DNA of 64,000 bases from an uncultured delta proteobacterium (GCA_963745035.1 CAVUVW010000013.1:32001-96000), one strand, 5' to 3'. Numbered from the stretch's first letter, positions 53,006 through 62,453 are shown. Notes: generated from the letters alone by a model not told the origin. Translations and numbers: made by a program.

Positions 53006-54104
53006 GATCGAGTTCCGTTCGGCTGTATCCCAACTCTGAGAGGATTTCGTTATTGTGTTGGCCGATTTTGGGTGCAGGCGTAAGGCGGCGACCCAAGGCG
53101 GCTGCGACAGCACCGTTTGGGAACGGAATCGTGCCCAATTCTGAATGATGAAGTTCGCTCAAGAAGCCTCGAGCAAGTAGTTGCGGATCCTCGACAAGAT
53201 CCAAAGGCGTTGCGACCGGCGAAGCCGGCATGTGGCGTCTTTGGGCTTCCTCCACCAACTCTGCCCTATTGAATTGGGAAGCCCATGCTTCGACACGGTT
53301 CAGAATAAAGTCTTGACCAGCTTCTTGTTTCTCTTCCTGTGCGAGGGAAGGATCCGCGCTCAGCACCGGGTCCTGCATCCAATCTACGAAGCGCTTCCAG
53401 CTCTCGACGCCATGGACTTGGCTGATCACGAAATGCCCGTCTTTGCATTTGAGCGCGCCCGACAGTGCTGTGATTCTGCCACGATTACCCTTTCGTTCGG
53501 TTCCGACCCCGAGAAACGTGTACTCCAGCATCGCTTGTTCCATGAAGCTCGCAAGGCACTGAATGGCAGAGACAGTCGCGGTTTGTCCCTGGCCGGTAAG
53601 ATCTCGTTGAAGAAGGCCGAGCATAGCGGCGATCGCGGCATAGAGGCCCGCGGCACTCACGCTTACCTTTCCACCCAAAAGCCGCGGTTCTTCACCAGGC
53701 TGGCCTGTGAGCGACATTAGACCCGAACGCGCGAACGCACCAATCTCTGATTTTTCTTCTTCGATCTTGATCACTACGAGATTGGGATGAGGATATAGAG
53801 CAAGGTAATCTTCCAGGGCCGACGGAGTATCGAACATGACGATGTCAGCCGTTTCAAGAATCCTTTTCAGGACTTCGTTCGCCAGCGGTTTACTGAAATC
53901 GATGCACAAGCTGCGTTTGCCTGCATTTAAGTAGTGATGAAACGCGCCGTATTCCAAATCGAAAGTATTCCTAAGAAAAGGACCGGTCCGCCGTACCTCA
54001 TCCCCCTCTTTGGACTCTAACCGAACTACGTCATGACCCGCCTCGACCAACAACCGGGTGGCGTAAGCGCCAGAAAACGAGGTGAGTTCAAGTATTCTTG
54101 CCAT
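52989..54104 (-). CDS. CaiB/BaiF family III CoA-transferase, subunit apparently lacking the catalytic Asp (BbsE-like)
   Basis: GAYATRLL, LNAGKRS and DPQLLARG...APKIGQHN; no Asp at the usual catalytic position. Confidence 0.85.
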   Translation of the reverse strand: MARILELTSFSGAYATRLLVEAGHDVVRLESKEGDEVRRTGPFLRNTFDLEYGAFHHYLNAGKRSLCIDFSKPLANEVLKRILETADIVMFDTPSALEDYLALYPHPNLVVIKIEEEKSEIGAFARSGLMSLTGQPGEEPRLLGGKVSVSAAGLYAAIAAMLGLLQRDLTGQGQTATVSAIQCLASFMEQAMLEYTFLGVGTERKGNRGRITALSGALKCKDGHFVISQVHGVESWKRFVDWMQDPVLSADPSLAQEEKQEAGQDFILNRVEAWASQFNRAELVEEAQRRHMPASPVATPLDLVEDPQLLARGFLSELHHSELGTIPFPNGAVAAALGRRLTPAPKIGQHNNEILSELGYSRTELDHADLF

Positions 54105-54107
54105 GGA

Positions 54108-54662
54108 CTAGGTGCCTTTATCGCTCGTATCAGTAAACTTCGCTTCTGGAAGAAGCACAATTGTCTGTCTCCGGCGGAGAACTATCTCGCGAGAATAATC
54201 CAAAATACGATTCTCTTGGGTGACGTAGATACCCCATCCCCTTTTACCCTCACGAGCTGAAATGTCCGTGATCGAGCTTTCGGTGAAAAGCTGCTCGCCG
54301 AGAATGACCGGCCGCCCCCACTCGAATTCGACACTGACGTTTCGCGCATTTCGGACGTTGGTGTAGGATTTCGGAAGCGGCAGATGATGCCGTAGGTCGG
54401 CCGCGTCAAACCCCATGTCAGTATCCCGACGTTTAATACTGAAGGGCAGCCACCCGACCAGGAGCGGCGGCAAAATGCATCCCCGATATCCTTCAGATCT
54501 CGCGAAGGCGTCGTCGAACCACAGGGGATTACTGTCGCCGGTCGCATCGACATAACGGCGTACTGTTGACCCCGTGACCGATTCCAAAGGTTTCAACGGC
54601 GTTGTCTTACCTACCCACGCCCGCAGTTCCGGTGTAATCAGCGTGTCGGTTGCTTCACTCAT
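54108..54662 (-). CDS. MaoC N-terminal-type hot-dog fold protein
   Basis: VRRYVDATGDSNPLWFD...PP and EWGRPVILGE. Confidence 0.85.
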   Translation of the reverse strand: MSEATDTLITPELRAWVGKTTPLKPLESVTGSTVRRYVDATGDSNPLWFDDAFARSEGYRGCILPPLLVGWLPFSIKRRDTDMGFDAADLRHHLPLPKSYTNVRNARNVSVEFEWGRPVILGEQLFTESSITDISAREGKRGWGIYVTQENRILDYSREIVLRRRQTIVLLPEAKFTDTSDKGT

Positions 54663-55898
54663 ACGAGAGCGGATTGAACATCGAGAGCTTTAATCTCTTC
54701 ATCCGCAAGTTCGAGCCAGCCTTTCAGAACTTCATGGGTGTGTTCTCCTAGACTCGGCGCCGATGTGGGGCCTGGCCACGGTCCTGTTGAGAAGGAAAAC
54801 GGCAGCCAAGTCATACACATTGAACCAAGCCTGCGCTCAGGCATGCTCCGATAAACCTCGGAGCGGTCGTCGCTGTCCATTACGTCTTGTATGCGGCGCA
54901 TACGTTCGGCTGGGATGCCGACTTGTTTAAGTCGGCTTTCGAGTTCCGTAGCCGCTTGGGTCTCAGTCCATTCCCGGATTTTGTTATCGATCTCGTCGTG
55001 AGAAATGAAATCTCTCTGTGGCCGTAGCAAAGCGGCTATCGGTGCCCCAACCAGGATTATCCATAAGTTGGAGCAGCGCTCGCCATTGATCATCGTTTTG
55101 GATACTGATCGCGCACCATTGATCGTTGCCCGCACACCGGTAGACCCCCTGCGGACAGAAGCGCGGAGATCGGTTTCCGAGCCGTTCAGGAGGCTTCTTG
55201 CTGACTCCGCTGTAAAGCAGCATCGCCCCTAAAGTCGCAACGCTGCATTCGAACTGGCTGATGTCCAGCCTGCTCCCGAGACCTGTCTTTGAGCGTTTCT
55301 GCAAGGCCTGAAGGATCGCGAAACAAGCATGGAGGCCGCCGACATAATCGTTCCATGAATTTGAAATCCCGATCGGCGGATCACTTTCCGATCCAGTAAG
55401 CATCATTAGGCCGCTGTAGCCTTGAAGGTTAAAGTTCATGCTGGTCCAATCGCGTCGCGGCCCGCTGTGCCCATACCCGGACATGCTAGCGTGAATCAGC
55501 CGAGGGTTTTTGCCCTTTAGGCTTTCATAGTCGAGCCCCAGCCGTTCCATGACTCCAGCGCTAAAGTTTTCCAAAACAACATCGGCAACGGAGGCGAGGC
55601 GCGCCGCCAAATCGCGCCCATTGGTATTCTTGAGGTCAATACAAATGGACCGTTTGCTTCGATTGGTGTTGAGATAGGATGCTTGGCGATCCTGTTTAGT
55701 TTCGAAGCCCGGTTTAATAATACCCTTACCCCAACGATCCGGGTGTTTCGTACTTTCAACGCGCACGACGTCAGCGCCAAAATCCGCCAGCAAACGGCTA
55801 CAAAAAGGCCCGGCAAGAACATGCGTGAAGTCCAATACCTTGATCCCCGCAAGGGGAGAAATTGCGGCTTCCGCCAAATGGCCCTCTTTCGCTTGCAT
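54659..55898 (-). CDS. CaiB/BaiF family III CoA-transferase (catalytic subunit), frameshifted near 55050
   Basis: PLAGIKVLDFTHVLAGP, NRSKRS, ENF, SWNDYVGG (catalytic Asp) and APSLGEHT. Confidence 0.92.
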
Positions 55899-55918
55899 GA
55901 ATGTCTCGGTAGGTCGCG

Positions 55919-56931
55919 CTATTGAGAAGAAGCTGTCTTAAAAACTTTGTCAAGGAATCCACTTTCATCGAGTTTTCGAATGAAGCGCGGCTCGTTTAAC
56001 GTTTCAGCTTTCAGGCCGCCGACACGAGGATCTTGCGTCTTCATGAATTTTTGCAGGTTTTCCAAGCCCGGCACGGATGGGTAGGGCTTGGTTTCAATGC
56101 TGCGGGCAAGATGCATATAGCCCTCTTCAGCGGCTGCTGGATCCGCAAGCCTGAGACGAGTCATCATCGTTTTCAATACCGCGGCTTTGTTGCGTGGATT
56201 AACGAAAAAGCCCATTCCTTCAATCAGAGCTTTGAGAATGTTCTCTAGCAACTCGGGACGCTCGTCCATAAGAATCTTCGTGGCAACAACATCTGATCCT
56301 GTGAGCGGCACTTTCACGTTCATAGAATCACCCAAGATATTGAATCCCTTGTTCTTGAGAGAGCGACTGTAGGCCGTCCCTAGAGCAGAAGCATCCATTC
56401 TTCCCACTTCCATCCCCAGCACACGCACGGATTGCTCTCCGGCCGGCACGATCTGGATTTTGTCTCGACGTGGGTCGAGTCCCAGATGCTCCAGCCATAG
56501 ATTCGCGATTACCCAGTTTGTGCCGCCGATACTTTGAACACCAATGGTCTTGCCGCGCAAATCTTGCGCCTGCTTGATAGCCGGAGCGGCGACTAAATCG
56601 TTCATTACCCTGCCAATGAACGTTGCGACGATTTTGAGACCGGTAGCGCTGGCCTCGACGCCAAGAATTCCTCCACCGCCGCCATACGCCACCGGTATTC
56701 GATTGGAGGCAAACCGGCCAACATGATCGACGTACTCCTCACGAATACGATTTCGGGATCGATGCCGTATTTGGTGAAGAAACCTTGCTCCGCGGTTATC
56801 CACAGCGGCGTGATGCTCGGGTTTATGGTTGCATGAACAATTGTGATCTTAATCCCTGCGGCGCCCGCAGAGTTCAAGTTCAAAAGGATGCTCAGGATAC
56901 ACGAGCTTAGTATCACGTTCAGGTTTTTCAT
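55919..56931 (-). CDS. NMT1/SsuA-like ABC substrate-binding protein, frameshifted
   Basis: PLWITAEQGFFTKYGID, DLRGKTIGVQSIGG and KPYP...KLDESGF. Confidence 0.87.
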
Positions 56932-57181
56932 AGTTCGCTTATACAATAGCCGTGCGCAAAGCTTCAATAAGAACCGTTGAGGTGCATGGATATATTGAAG
57001 CCTCGATTCGAAGTGACGCGGACGAGTGTCATTGGCGGATCTACGCGAGAACTGGGCGTACACTGTGCTTGCTAGTCGTGAAGAAACGCACACCGTGGTG
57101 CGTGAGAAGCCGCTGCTTTGGTGTTCGAAGGAGCGTTTATACTTTCAGATGGCTATTTCAATTTAGCCATTCTTCCGAACT

Positions 57182-57439
57182 ATGATCAGAATTGTCGAAA
57201 CAGTCTTTTATCACTTCGTTTTTCAGATTGACGATCTGGAGAAAACAACGGCCAAGAGAAAAAATCGGGTTGTCAAAGCTGCCAAAGATCGCGAGTACGC
57301 GGAAACTCGAGCTTCAGATCCAGACGGAAACTATTTCGATTTGTCAGAACACGGGTTTTTAGATATCAATCCGACAGCAGAAAAGAGAAGGACTAATCAC
57401 CGTCTACCCGATCAACTCAATTTAAGCTCATCGGTTTAA
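57182..57439 (+). pseudogene. C-terminal remnant of a VOC family protein
   Basis: YHFVFQIDDLE...EYAETRASDPDGNYFDLSEHGF; no N-terminal part visible. Confidence 0.55.
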
Positions 57440-57457
57440 CTGCCAGGAGGCATTGAC

Positions 57458-58597
57458 GTGGCGAAAAACGGCTTCAAAATTCTCGACAGCGACATGCACG
57501 TCATGGAGCCCGTGGATCTTTGGGAGCGCTACATCGACGGTAAATTCAAACATCGGGCGCCGCGCGGCGTCACCAGCGCCAACGTCAGGGACCTGCGTAT
57601 GGTCTATCCGGACGGCCGCGAGTGGGCGCGCACCACCACCCGGCAAAACGATACGGCGCGCGGCGAAAATTTTGAAAAGAACCAACTCCTTTATCGGTCC
57701 GACGCGGCGCGCGGCTGGTCGGCCGACGTGCAGTTGGAAGCCATGGACACCGAAGGCATCGACATCGCCGTGCTCTATCCGACCCGCGGCCTGCGCGCTC
57801 TGGTGGTGGACGATATGGACGCGGCATTCGCCGCGGCGATCGCCCGCGCTTACAACGATTGGCTTTATGATTTTTGCAAAACCGAGCCGCGGCGCCTAAT
57901 CGGTGCCGGCATGATCTCGCCCTACGACATGAACGACGCGGTGAGCGAGGCGCGCCGCTGCGCCGAGCAGCTCGGCTTTCGCGCCGTGTTCCTACGCGCC
58001 AATCCGCTGGTGCCGCACCAGTGGCACGATCCGTACTACGAGCCGCTCTGGGAAGCGCTCGAAGATTTGGACCTCTCACTGGGATTTCACGAGTCCACCG
58101 GCACCGGCAAAAATCCCGCGGCGGCGCGGATGGAGCCCAATCTGATGCTGCGCCGCGTTTACGGACAACCGCTGGAGCAAATGATGGCGCTCGGAAGCTT
58201 TTGCGGCGGCGGGGTATTGGCGCGCTATCCGCGGCTCCGCGTTGCTTTTCTCGAAGCTAATTGCAGTTGGCTCCCGTGGCTACTCTGGCGTTTGGACGAG
58301 GGCTGGCGCCTCGAAGGCGATGTCTGGGCGCCGGACTTGAATCTAGCACCGAGCGAATATTTTAAGCGCCAGTGCGTGGTTTCCGCGGAGCCCGACGAGG
58401 CCACGGTCAAACACGTGATCGAGCATCTGGACGGCAGCGGCATCGTCTTCTCCACCGACTATCCTCACGGCGATTCGAAATATCCCGAGGCGGTGAATCA
58501 TTTTTTAGAGTTGCCGATCAGCGACGACGACAAGCGCAAGATTCTCTGGGACAACTGCGCGGCCTATTACGCGATGGGAAAGCGCGAGGCGATTTGA
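57458..58597 (+). CDS. Amidohydrolase_2 family protein
   Basis: AGGAGG RBS and GTG start; LDSDMHV, VLYPT, GFHE, LEANCSWLP and STDYPHGD. Confidence 0.95.
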   Translation: MAKNGFKILDSDMHVMEPVDLWERYIDGKFKHRAPRGVTSANVRDLRMVYPDGREWARTTTRQNDTARGENFEKNQLLYRSDAARGWSADVQLEAMDTEGIDIAVLYPTRGLRALVVDDMDAAFAAAIARAYNDWLYDFCKTEPRRLIGAGMISPYDMNDAVSEARRCAEQLGFRAVFLRANPLVPHQWHDPYYEPLWEALEDLDLSLGFHESTGTGKNPAAARMEPNLMLRRVYGQPLEQMMALGSFCGGGVLARYPRLRVAFLEANCSWLPWLLWRLDEGWRLEGDVWAPDLNLAPSEYFKRQCVVSAEPDEATVKHVIEHLDGSGIVFSTDYPHGDSKYPEAVNHFLELPISDDDKRKILWDNCAAYYAMGKREAI

Positions 58598-58603
58598 ATG
58601 CGC

Positions 58604-58636
58604 CGAGCCGCTCTGTGCGGAGAACAGAGCGGCTCG
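58604..58636. terminator. 13-bp perfect hairpin between convergent genes
   Basis: CGAGCCGCTCTGT-gcggaga-ACAGAGCGGCTCG, directly after the amidohydrolase stop; no U tract. Confidence 0.6.
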
Positions 58637-58645
58637 ACGCGGGAA

Positions 58646-58759
58646 TTAGCGGCGGTTATAATTGTCGTTGTAACGATGATGGCGGTGATGGCCCCAGTGA
58701 CATCCTGCCGCAGTCACCATTCCCACTGCCAGCAGGGCAAGTAACGCGATGGTTTTCAT
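58646..58759 (-). CDS. 37-aa His-rich small lipoprotein (not in the ORF track)
   Basis: GGAGG RBS; MKTIALLALLAVGMVTAAG-CHWGHHRHHRYNDNYNRR*, a type II signal peptide with lipobox-like AAGC. Confidence 0.75.
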   Translation of the reverse strand: MKTIALLALLAVGMVTAAGCHWGHHRHHRYNDNYNRR

Positions 58760-58828
58760 GGTTCCTCCTTTCTCTGCACCATTGGCTTTCGGATAACGCC
58801 GAACTTCGTCAGACTCCTCTCTGTTGCT

Positions 58829-58857
58829 TTAGACGATCAAGATCGCGCCTTGCGACA
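58829..58857 (-). promoter_or_regulatory. Candidate ECF-sigma promoter for the small lipoprotein
   Basis: Minus strand TGTCGC-N16-CGTCTAA, sharing the -10 element of the promoter upstream of the ECF gene. Confidence 0.45.
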
Positions 58858-59016
58858 GGAGAAGTTACGTTGGCAGCGCGGCAAGACAGCTGCGGATTCG
58901 AAAGAACTGGCGGTGGATGGGATGTGCGGGTGCGCGGCGGTGCGCGGCGCCGATGTTGCGCCGCAGCAGAGATGGAATACGAATTAGAAGGCTAGGCGGA
59001 GAAGCCCGAAGCGAAC

Positions 59017-59301
59017 TCAGTCGCGATCGCGATCCCGGCCGCGATTGCGGCGCTGATCGTTGTAGCGTTCCTTCAGCCGGTCGCGCCGCTCCTCCGGCAG
59101 GCGCTGCCAGCGATTCCACTCCTCGCGCAGGTGTTCCTTGTCTTGCGACGGTAAATTTTGCCAACGCTGATAGTTGCGCAAAACCCGATCCTTCTCTCTG
59201 GGTGAGAGATTGCGCCAGTCATCGTTGGCCGCGGACGCGTGGTGCGCTGCCAGCAACAAGAACGATCCAAAAAGCCAAGCTGTGATCTTTCGCGTTTTCA
59301 T
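59017..59301 (-). CDS. DUF3106-like periplasmic protein
   Basis: Signal peptide ending ASA; repeats WRNLSPREK, WQNLPSQDK and WQRLPEERR. Confidence 0.85.
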   Translation of the reverse strand: MKTRKITAWLFGSFLLLAAHHASAANDDWRNLSPREKDRVLRNYQRWQNLPSQDKEHLREEWNRWQRLPEERRDRLKERYNDQRRNRGRDRDRD

Positions 59302-59312
59302 TGCATTTCGAG

Positions 59313-59873
59313 TTAGGCGACGTGGCTGAATCCGCGCACCTGTCGCGTACCGCCGGTCGCGGCGTCGCTCTTGGGCTCATCTTGAGACTCGAGTCCGCCG
59401 AGTGCTTCTAAAATGTCCATCGACTTGAAAAACTCGAGCTGATTTTCGTCGGCCAAAATCTCCTGCGGAATTCTTTCCGCTCGCGGCTCGACGAACAATC
59501 CCAAATTATCCTGTCCAAACAGCAAGCCGATGACCAGCACCGCCGCCGTCACGGTGCCGAACGCCGGCACCATCCAGCTCCGCGTCGGCACGAACAAGGA
59601 ACGCCACCAAGATTTTCTTTCGTCATGCTCCGCCAGTTTCGCCACCGTCTCCCGATAGTAACTGTCCCAGAAAGACGGCGGCAACTCCTCGGTCCGCGCG
59701 ATCTGCGGCAACAGCCGTCGTAAATCGGCAAGAAAATGCCGGCAGGAATCGCACTCAGCAAGATGGCGCTCCACGCGGACTCGTTCGCTCTCGGCGTTCT
59801 CGCCGTAATAGTGAAGAACGAGGTCCTCTTCGTATTGCTTGCAGGCGCCTTTCAGCGGCGTGCTGATAGTCAT
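59313..59873 (-). CDS. Zinc-binding (zf-HC2/ZAS) transmembrane anti-sigma factor
   Basis: HLAECDSC (HxxxCxxC) and one TM helix; directly downstream of the ECF sigma gene. Confidence 0.9.
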   Translation of the reverse strand: MTISTPLKGACKQYEEDLVLHYYGENAESERVRVERHLAECDSCRHFLADLRRLLPQIARTEELPPSFWDSYYRETVAKLAEHDERKSWWRSLFVPTRSWMVPAFGTVTAAVLVIGLLFGQDNLGLFVEPRAERIPQEILADENQLEFFKSMDILEALGGLESQDEPKSDAATGGTRQVRGFSHVA

Positions 59874-59882
59874 AGCTTCCCC

Positions 59883-60458
59883 CTAAACGAATTCCAACAA
59901 ACTCTGGCGCAGCGCCGCCACGGCGCGATGGAGATACACCCGAACCGTTCCTTCGGTAGTTTTCATGACTTTCGCGACGTCCGCAATCGACAAACCCTGA
60001 TCGTTTCTGAGCAGGAAGGCGGTGCGCTGTTTCTTGGGCATCGTCTCCAGCGTCTTGTTCACCCTGCGCTTGGCCTCGCCGGCGATCGCGTGCTGCTCCG
60101 GCGCAAAAGTCGAGTCGGCGAACTGCCGCGGTTCACCGGATTCCTCGCTCACTTGATCGAGCGATTCCCAAACGACCCGCCGCTGCCGCCGCGCATGATC
60201 CAAACAAAGGTTGACGACGATGCGATAAAACCACGTATAAAAGGTCGATCTTCCGTCAAACTGTTTCAAGTTGGCGTAGGCGCGCACGAAAGCATCCTGG
60301 GACAAATCCTTGGCGGTTTCGGTGTTGCGTGTGAAATTGAAAGCGATATGAAAAGCCTTTTCCATGTATCGACGCACCAGGACCTCAAAGCAATCCCGCC
60401 GCCCTTGCTGACTTAACGCCACCAGTTCTTCGTCGCGCAGTTCTTGCTCGTTAGCCAT
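59883..60458 (-). CDS. ECF RNA polymerase sigma factor
   Basis: DEELV, DLSQDAFVRAY, FYTWFYRIVVNLCLD and region 4 EGTVRVYLHRA. Confidence 0.96.
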   Translation of the reverse strand: MANEQELRDEELVALSQQGRRDCFEVLVRRYMEKAFHIAFNFTRNTETAKDLSQDAFVRAYANLKQFDGRSTFYTWFYRIVVNLCLDHARRQRRVVWESLDQVSEESGEPRQFADSTFAPEQHAIAGEAKRRVNKTLETMPKKQRTAFLLRNDQGLSIADVAKVMKTTEGTVRVYLHRAVAALRQSLLEFV

Positions 60459-60496
60459 TTGCGTTCGCGCTGAGAATTCCTACGCCTTACAACAGT

Positions 60497-60526
60497 TTAG
60501 ACGCCGTTGGATAAGAAAGGTTAACA
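60497..60526 (-). promoter_or_regulatory. Autoregulatory ECF-type promoter
   Basis: Minus strand TGTTAAC-N16-CGTCTAA (AAC-N16-CGT consensus), about 40 nt upstream of the sigma ATG. Confidence 0.7.
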
Positions 60527-60627
60527 GCCTTTGGAGGCCCGGCCAAGAGACGCTAACTCGCAGGAAAGAATGAGGAAACCGGCAAGCGAAAATGAGGAGG
60601 AACGGCGTGGCGGATAGGAACCGGCCT

Positions 60628-61059
60628 TTACTGGCCGGTCGCCAGCGCCAGTACGTCTTCGATGATGTCGAGAATCCGGTTGGTGCGGCGGTCGATAAGA
60701 ATCACGTCGCGCTCGACGATTACCCGTTCCCAGGATTCCGGCAAGCGCGGTAGCTGGCGATCTAAATCGACCGGCAGCGGTTCAAGACGTTTTTGCAAGC
60801 CTGGCGGCAACTCGCCGTTCTTCTCGAGCTTCTTTTGTAAGCCCGGAGGCAGATTGCCGCCGCGCTTGGCGAGGCCGGGCGGCAGTCCCTTTGCCTTCGA
60901 TTTCTTGCCGCGCCGGTAATACTGTTCAATCAGCCGTCTCTCCTCAGGAAGGAAGTGTCCCGGCCGCGCTTCGGCGCGCGCTTGAGCGAATCGGTTATGG
61001 AAAAGCGACCCTACCGCGGCATAGGTAAATATCAGGAATGCTCGTCTGGATTGATTCAT
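60628..61059 (-). CDS. Putative Tat-exported protein with LPPGLxK repeats (RcnB-like C-terminus)
   Basis: SRRAFL twin-arginine motif and AQA cleavage site; three LPPGL(A/Q)K repeats; VILIDRRTNRILDII. Confidence 0.75.
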   Translation of the reverse strand: MNQSRRAFLIFTYAAVGSLFHNRFAQARAEARPGHFLPEERRLIEQYYRRGKKSKAKGLPPGLAKRGGNLPPGLQKKLEKNGELPPGLQKRLEPLPVDLDRQLPRLPESWERVIVERDVILIDRRTNRILDIIEDVLALATGQ

Positions 61060-61080
61060 AGCCTTTGCCCTCGCGAGAAA

Positions 61081-61977
61081 TTACTTGCTGTGTCCTTTGC
61101 CGTTATTAACGCCTTTGCCGTTACCCCCGGCCGACACAATGCCGCTGCTCGCGCCCGCCGAGTTGCCCGAAGCACTTACGATGCTGCCCCGGTTGCTATG
61201 TCCATAGGCGTTGCCGCTGCCTTTTCCAGCCGCGCTGACAATGCCTTCGCCAGAGCCTTTTCCGGTGGAAATCCCGTGTGCCGAGTTGCCATGGGCTTTG
61301 CCGCCGGCGGAAACGATGCCGCTTGTCGAATTCCCACTCTGGACGCCGGGGGTTGACCCGGCTCCTTTAGCCGAGGCGGTAGACGCCGTGGAAAAGTTCT
61401 TATTTGCGCTCTTCATGCTCGACATCACGGGACCAAGTTTGGTACCGAGTCGCTGGGCGATTTGACCCCAGCCCATGTTCTGGCTGCGCATCGCCAGAAC
61501 GCCTTGTAAATTCGTGGTGGTGATCGCCCCGTTGGCGCCAGTCTGCGTAATCGTTCCGCCGGTAAGGGCAGCCTGCAGCTGCTGGGGTGTGGGCTGAGTG
61601 ATTCCCAGCGTACTCAACTGCTGTTTGGCAAGGGCCAGGGAAATATAAACGTTGCCGTAGCCCATCTGGCCCGTCGGCGGCGTGATCACCGTCGTGGTCG
61701 GGATCGGCGGCAACCCCGGCGTCGGATTGGGCGTCAACGACGTGAGCGTGATCGGCGTCCCGTTGCGTAGGCCGGTCACAACGCCATTCGCATCGGCGCC
61801 GAGAAACGGATTGAAGTCGCCGCTGATCTTGCCGACGACGTTGGTTTGACCGGGATTGGTCGTCAGCTCGTTCATTGTCGTCACCTGACCATTCAAATCC
61901 GCCGCCGTCTGGGCGGGGCTCAAGCCCGGTGCGCCCGCTATCAAACCGACTGTCAATGCGATCGCTGAAACCTTCAT
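61081..61977 (-). CDS. Secreted Gly/Thr/Ser-rich hypothetical protein
   Basis: Sec signal, GGAG RBS, MGYGNV and MGWGQIA motifs, and C-terminal IVSA(G/A/S)G repeats. Confidence 0.8.
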   Translation of the reverse strand: MKVSAIALTVGLIAGAPGLSPAQTAADLNGQVTTMNELTTNPGQTNVVGKISGDFNPFLGADANGVVTGLRNGTPITLTSLTPNPTPGLPPIPTTTVITPPTGQMGYGNVYISLALAKQQLSTLGITQPTPQQLQAALTGGTITQTGANGAITTTNLQGVLAMRSQNMGWGQIAQRLGTKLGPVMSSMKSANKNFSTASTASAKGAGSTPGVQSGNSTSGIVSAGGKAHGNSAHGISTGKGSGEGIVSAAGKGSGNAYGHSNRGSIVSASGNSAGASSGIVSAGGNGKGVNNGKGHSK

Positions 61978-61995
61978 GACGCTCCTCCCCAGTTT

Positions 61996-62424
61996 TTAGC
62001 CGATTCCCAAAGCCTTCTCGGTCTGAATAATGATCTCGGTGGCGGTTGCGCGATCTTTGAAGAAGATCCCCTGCTTCGCCACGGTGCGAATGCGAGTGGT
62101 TTTCGGACTGACCATCTCCAACTCGATCTCAATGTCGCGATCGTTGGACACGGCCTTGATTGCTTTACCCTGGTCGATCTTCGAGGTGGCTTCGACCTGG
62201 ATACCCATGCGGTTCAGAGCTGTCCGCGTGGCGCTTTCCACTTGCGGCAAGGACGCCGTAAATGTGCGATAAGCTATGCCATCCAACGTGTAGGCGACCG
62301 ACGTGCCAGTCGTAACCCCGGCGCCGACGCCAAGTAAGGTCAGCCCCACCGCGGCGCAGCCGTGGAGAAATAGCAACAAACCAAGAATAACTACGCAGTG
62401 GAAAAGACACTTCGTATTTGCCAT
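61996..62424 (-). CDS. DUF3568-like lipoprotein
   Basis: Lipobox LHGC, Gly-rich segment, and TRIRTVAKQGIFFKDRATATEII. Confidence 0.75.
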   Translation of the reverse strand: MANTKCLFHCVVILGLLLFLHGCAAVGLTLLGVGAGVTTGTSVAYTLDGIAYRTFTASLPQVESATRTALNRMGIQVEATSKIDQGKAIKAVSNDRDIEIELEMVSPKTTRIRTVAKQGIFFKDRATATEIIIQTEKALGIG

Positions 62425-62438
62425 ATGGCGACCCATAG

Positions 62439-62453
62439 GCAATACACGAGCCA
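62439..62453 (-). promoter_or_regulatory. Candidate sigma-54 -24/-12 promoter
   Basis: Minus strand TGGCTC-N5-TTGC (GG-N10-GC); unusually close to the start codon. Confidence 0.4.
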
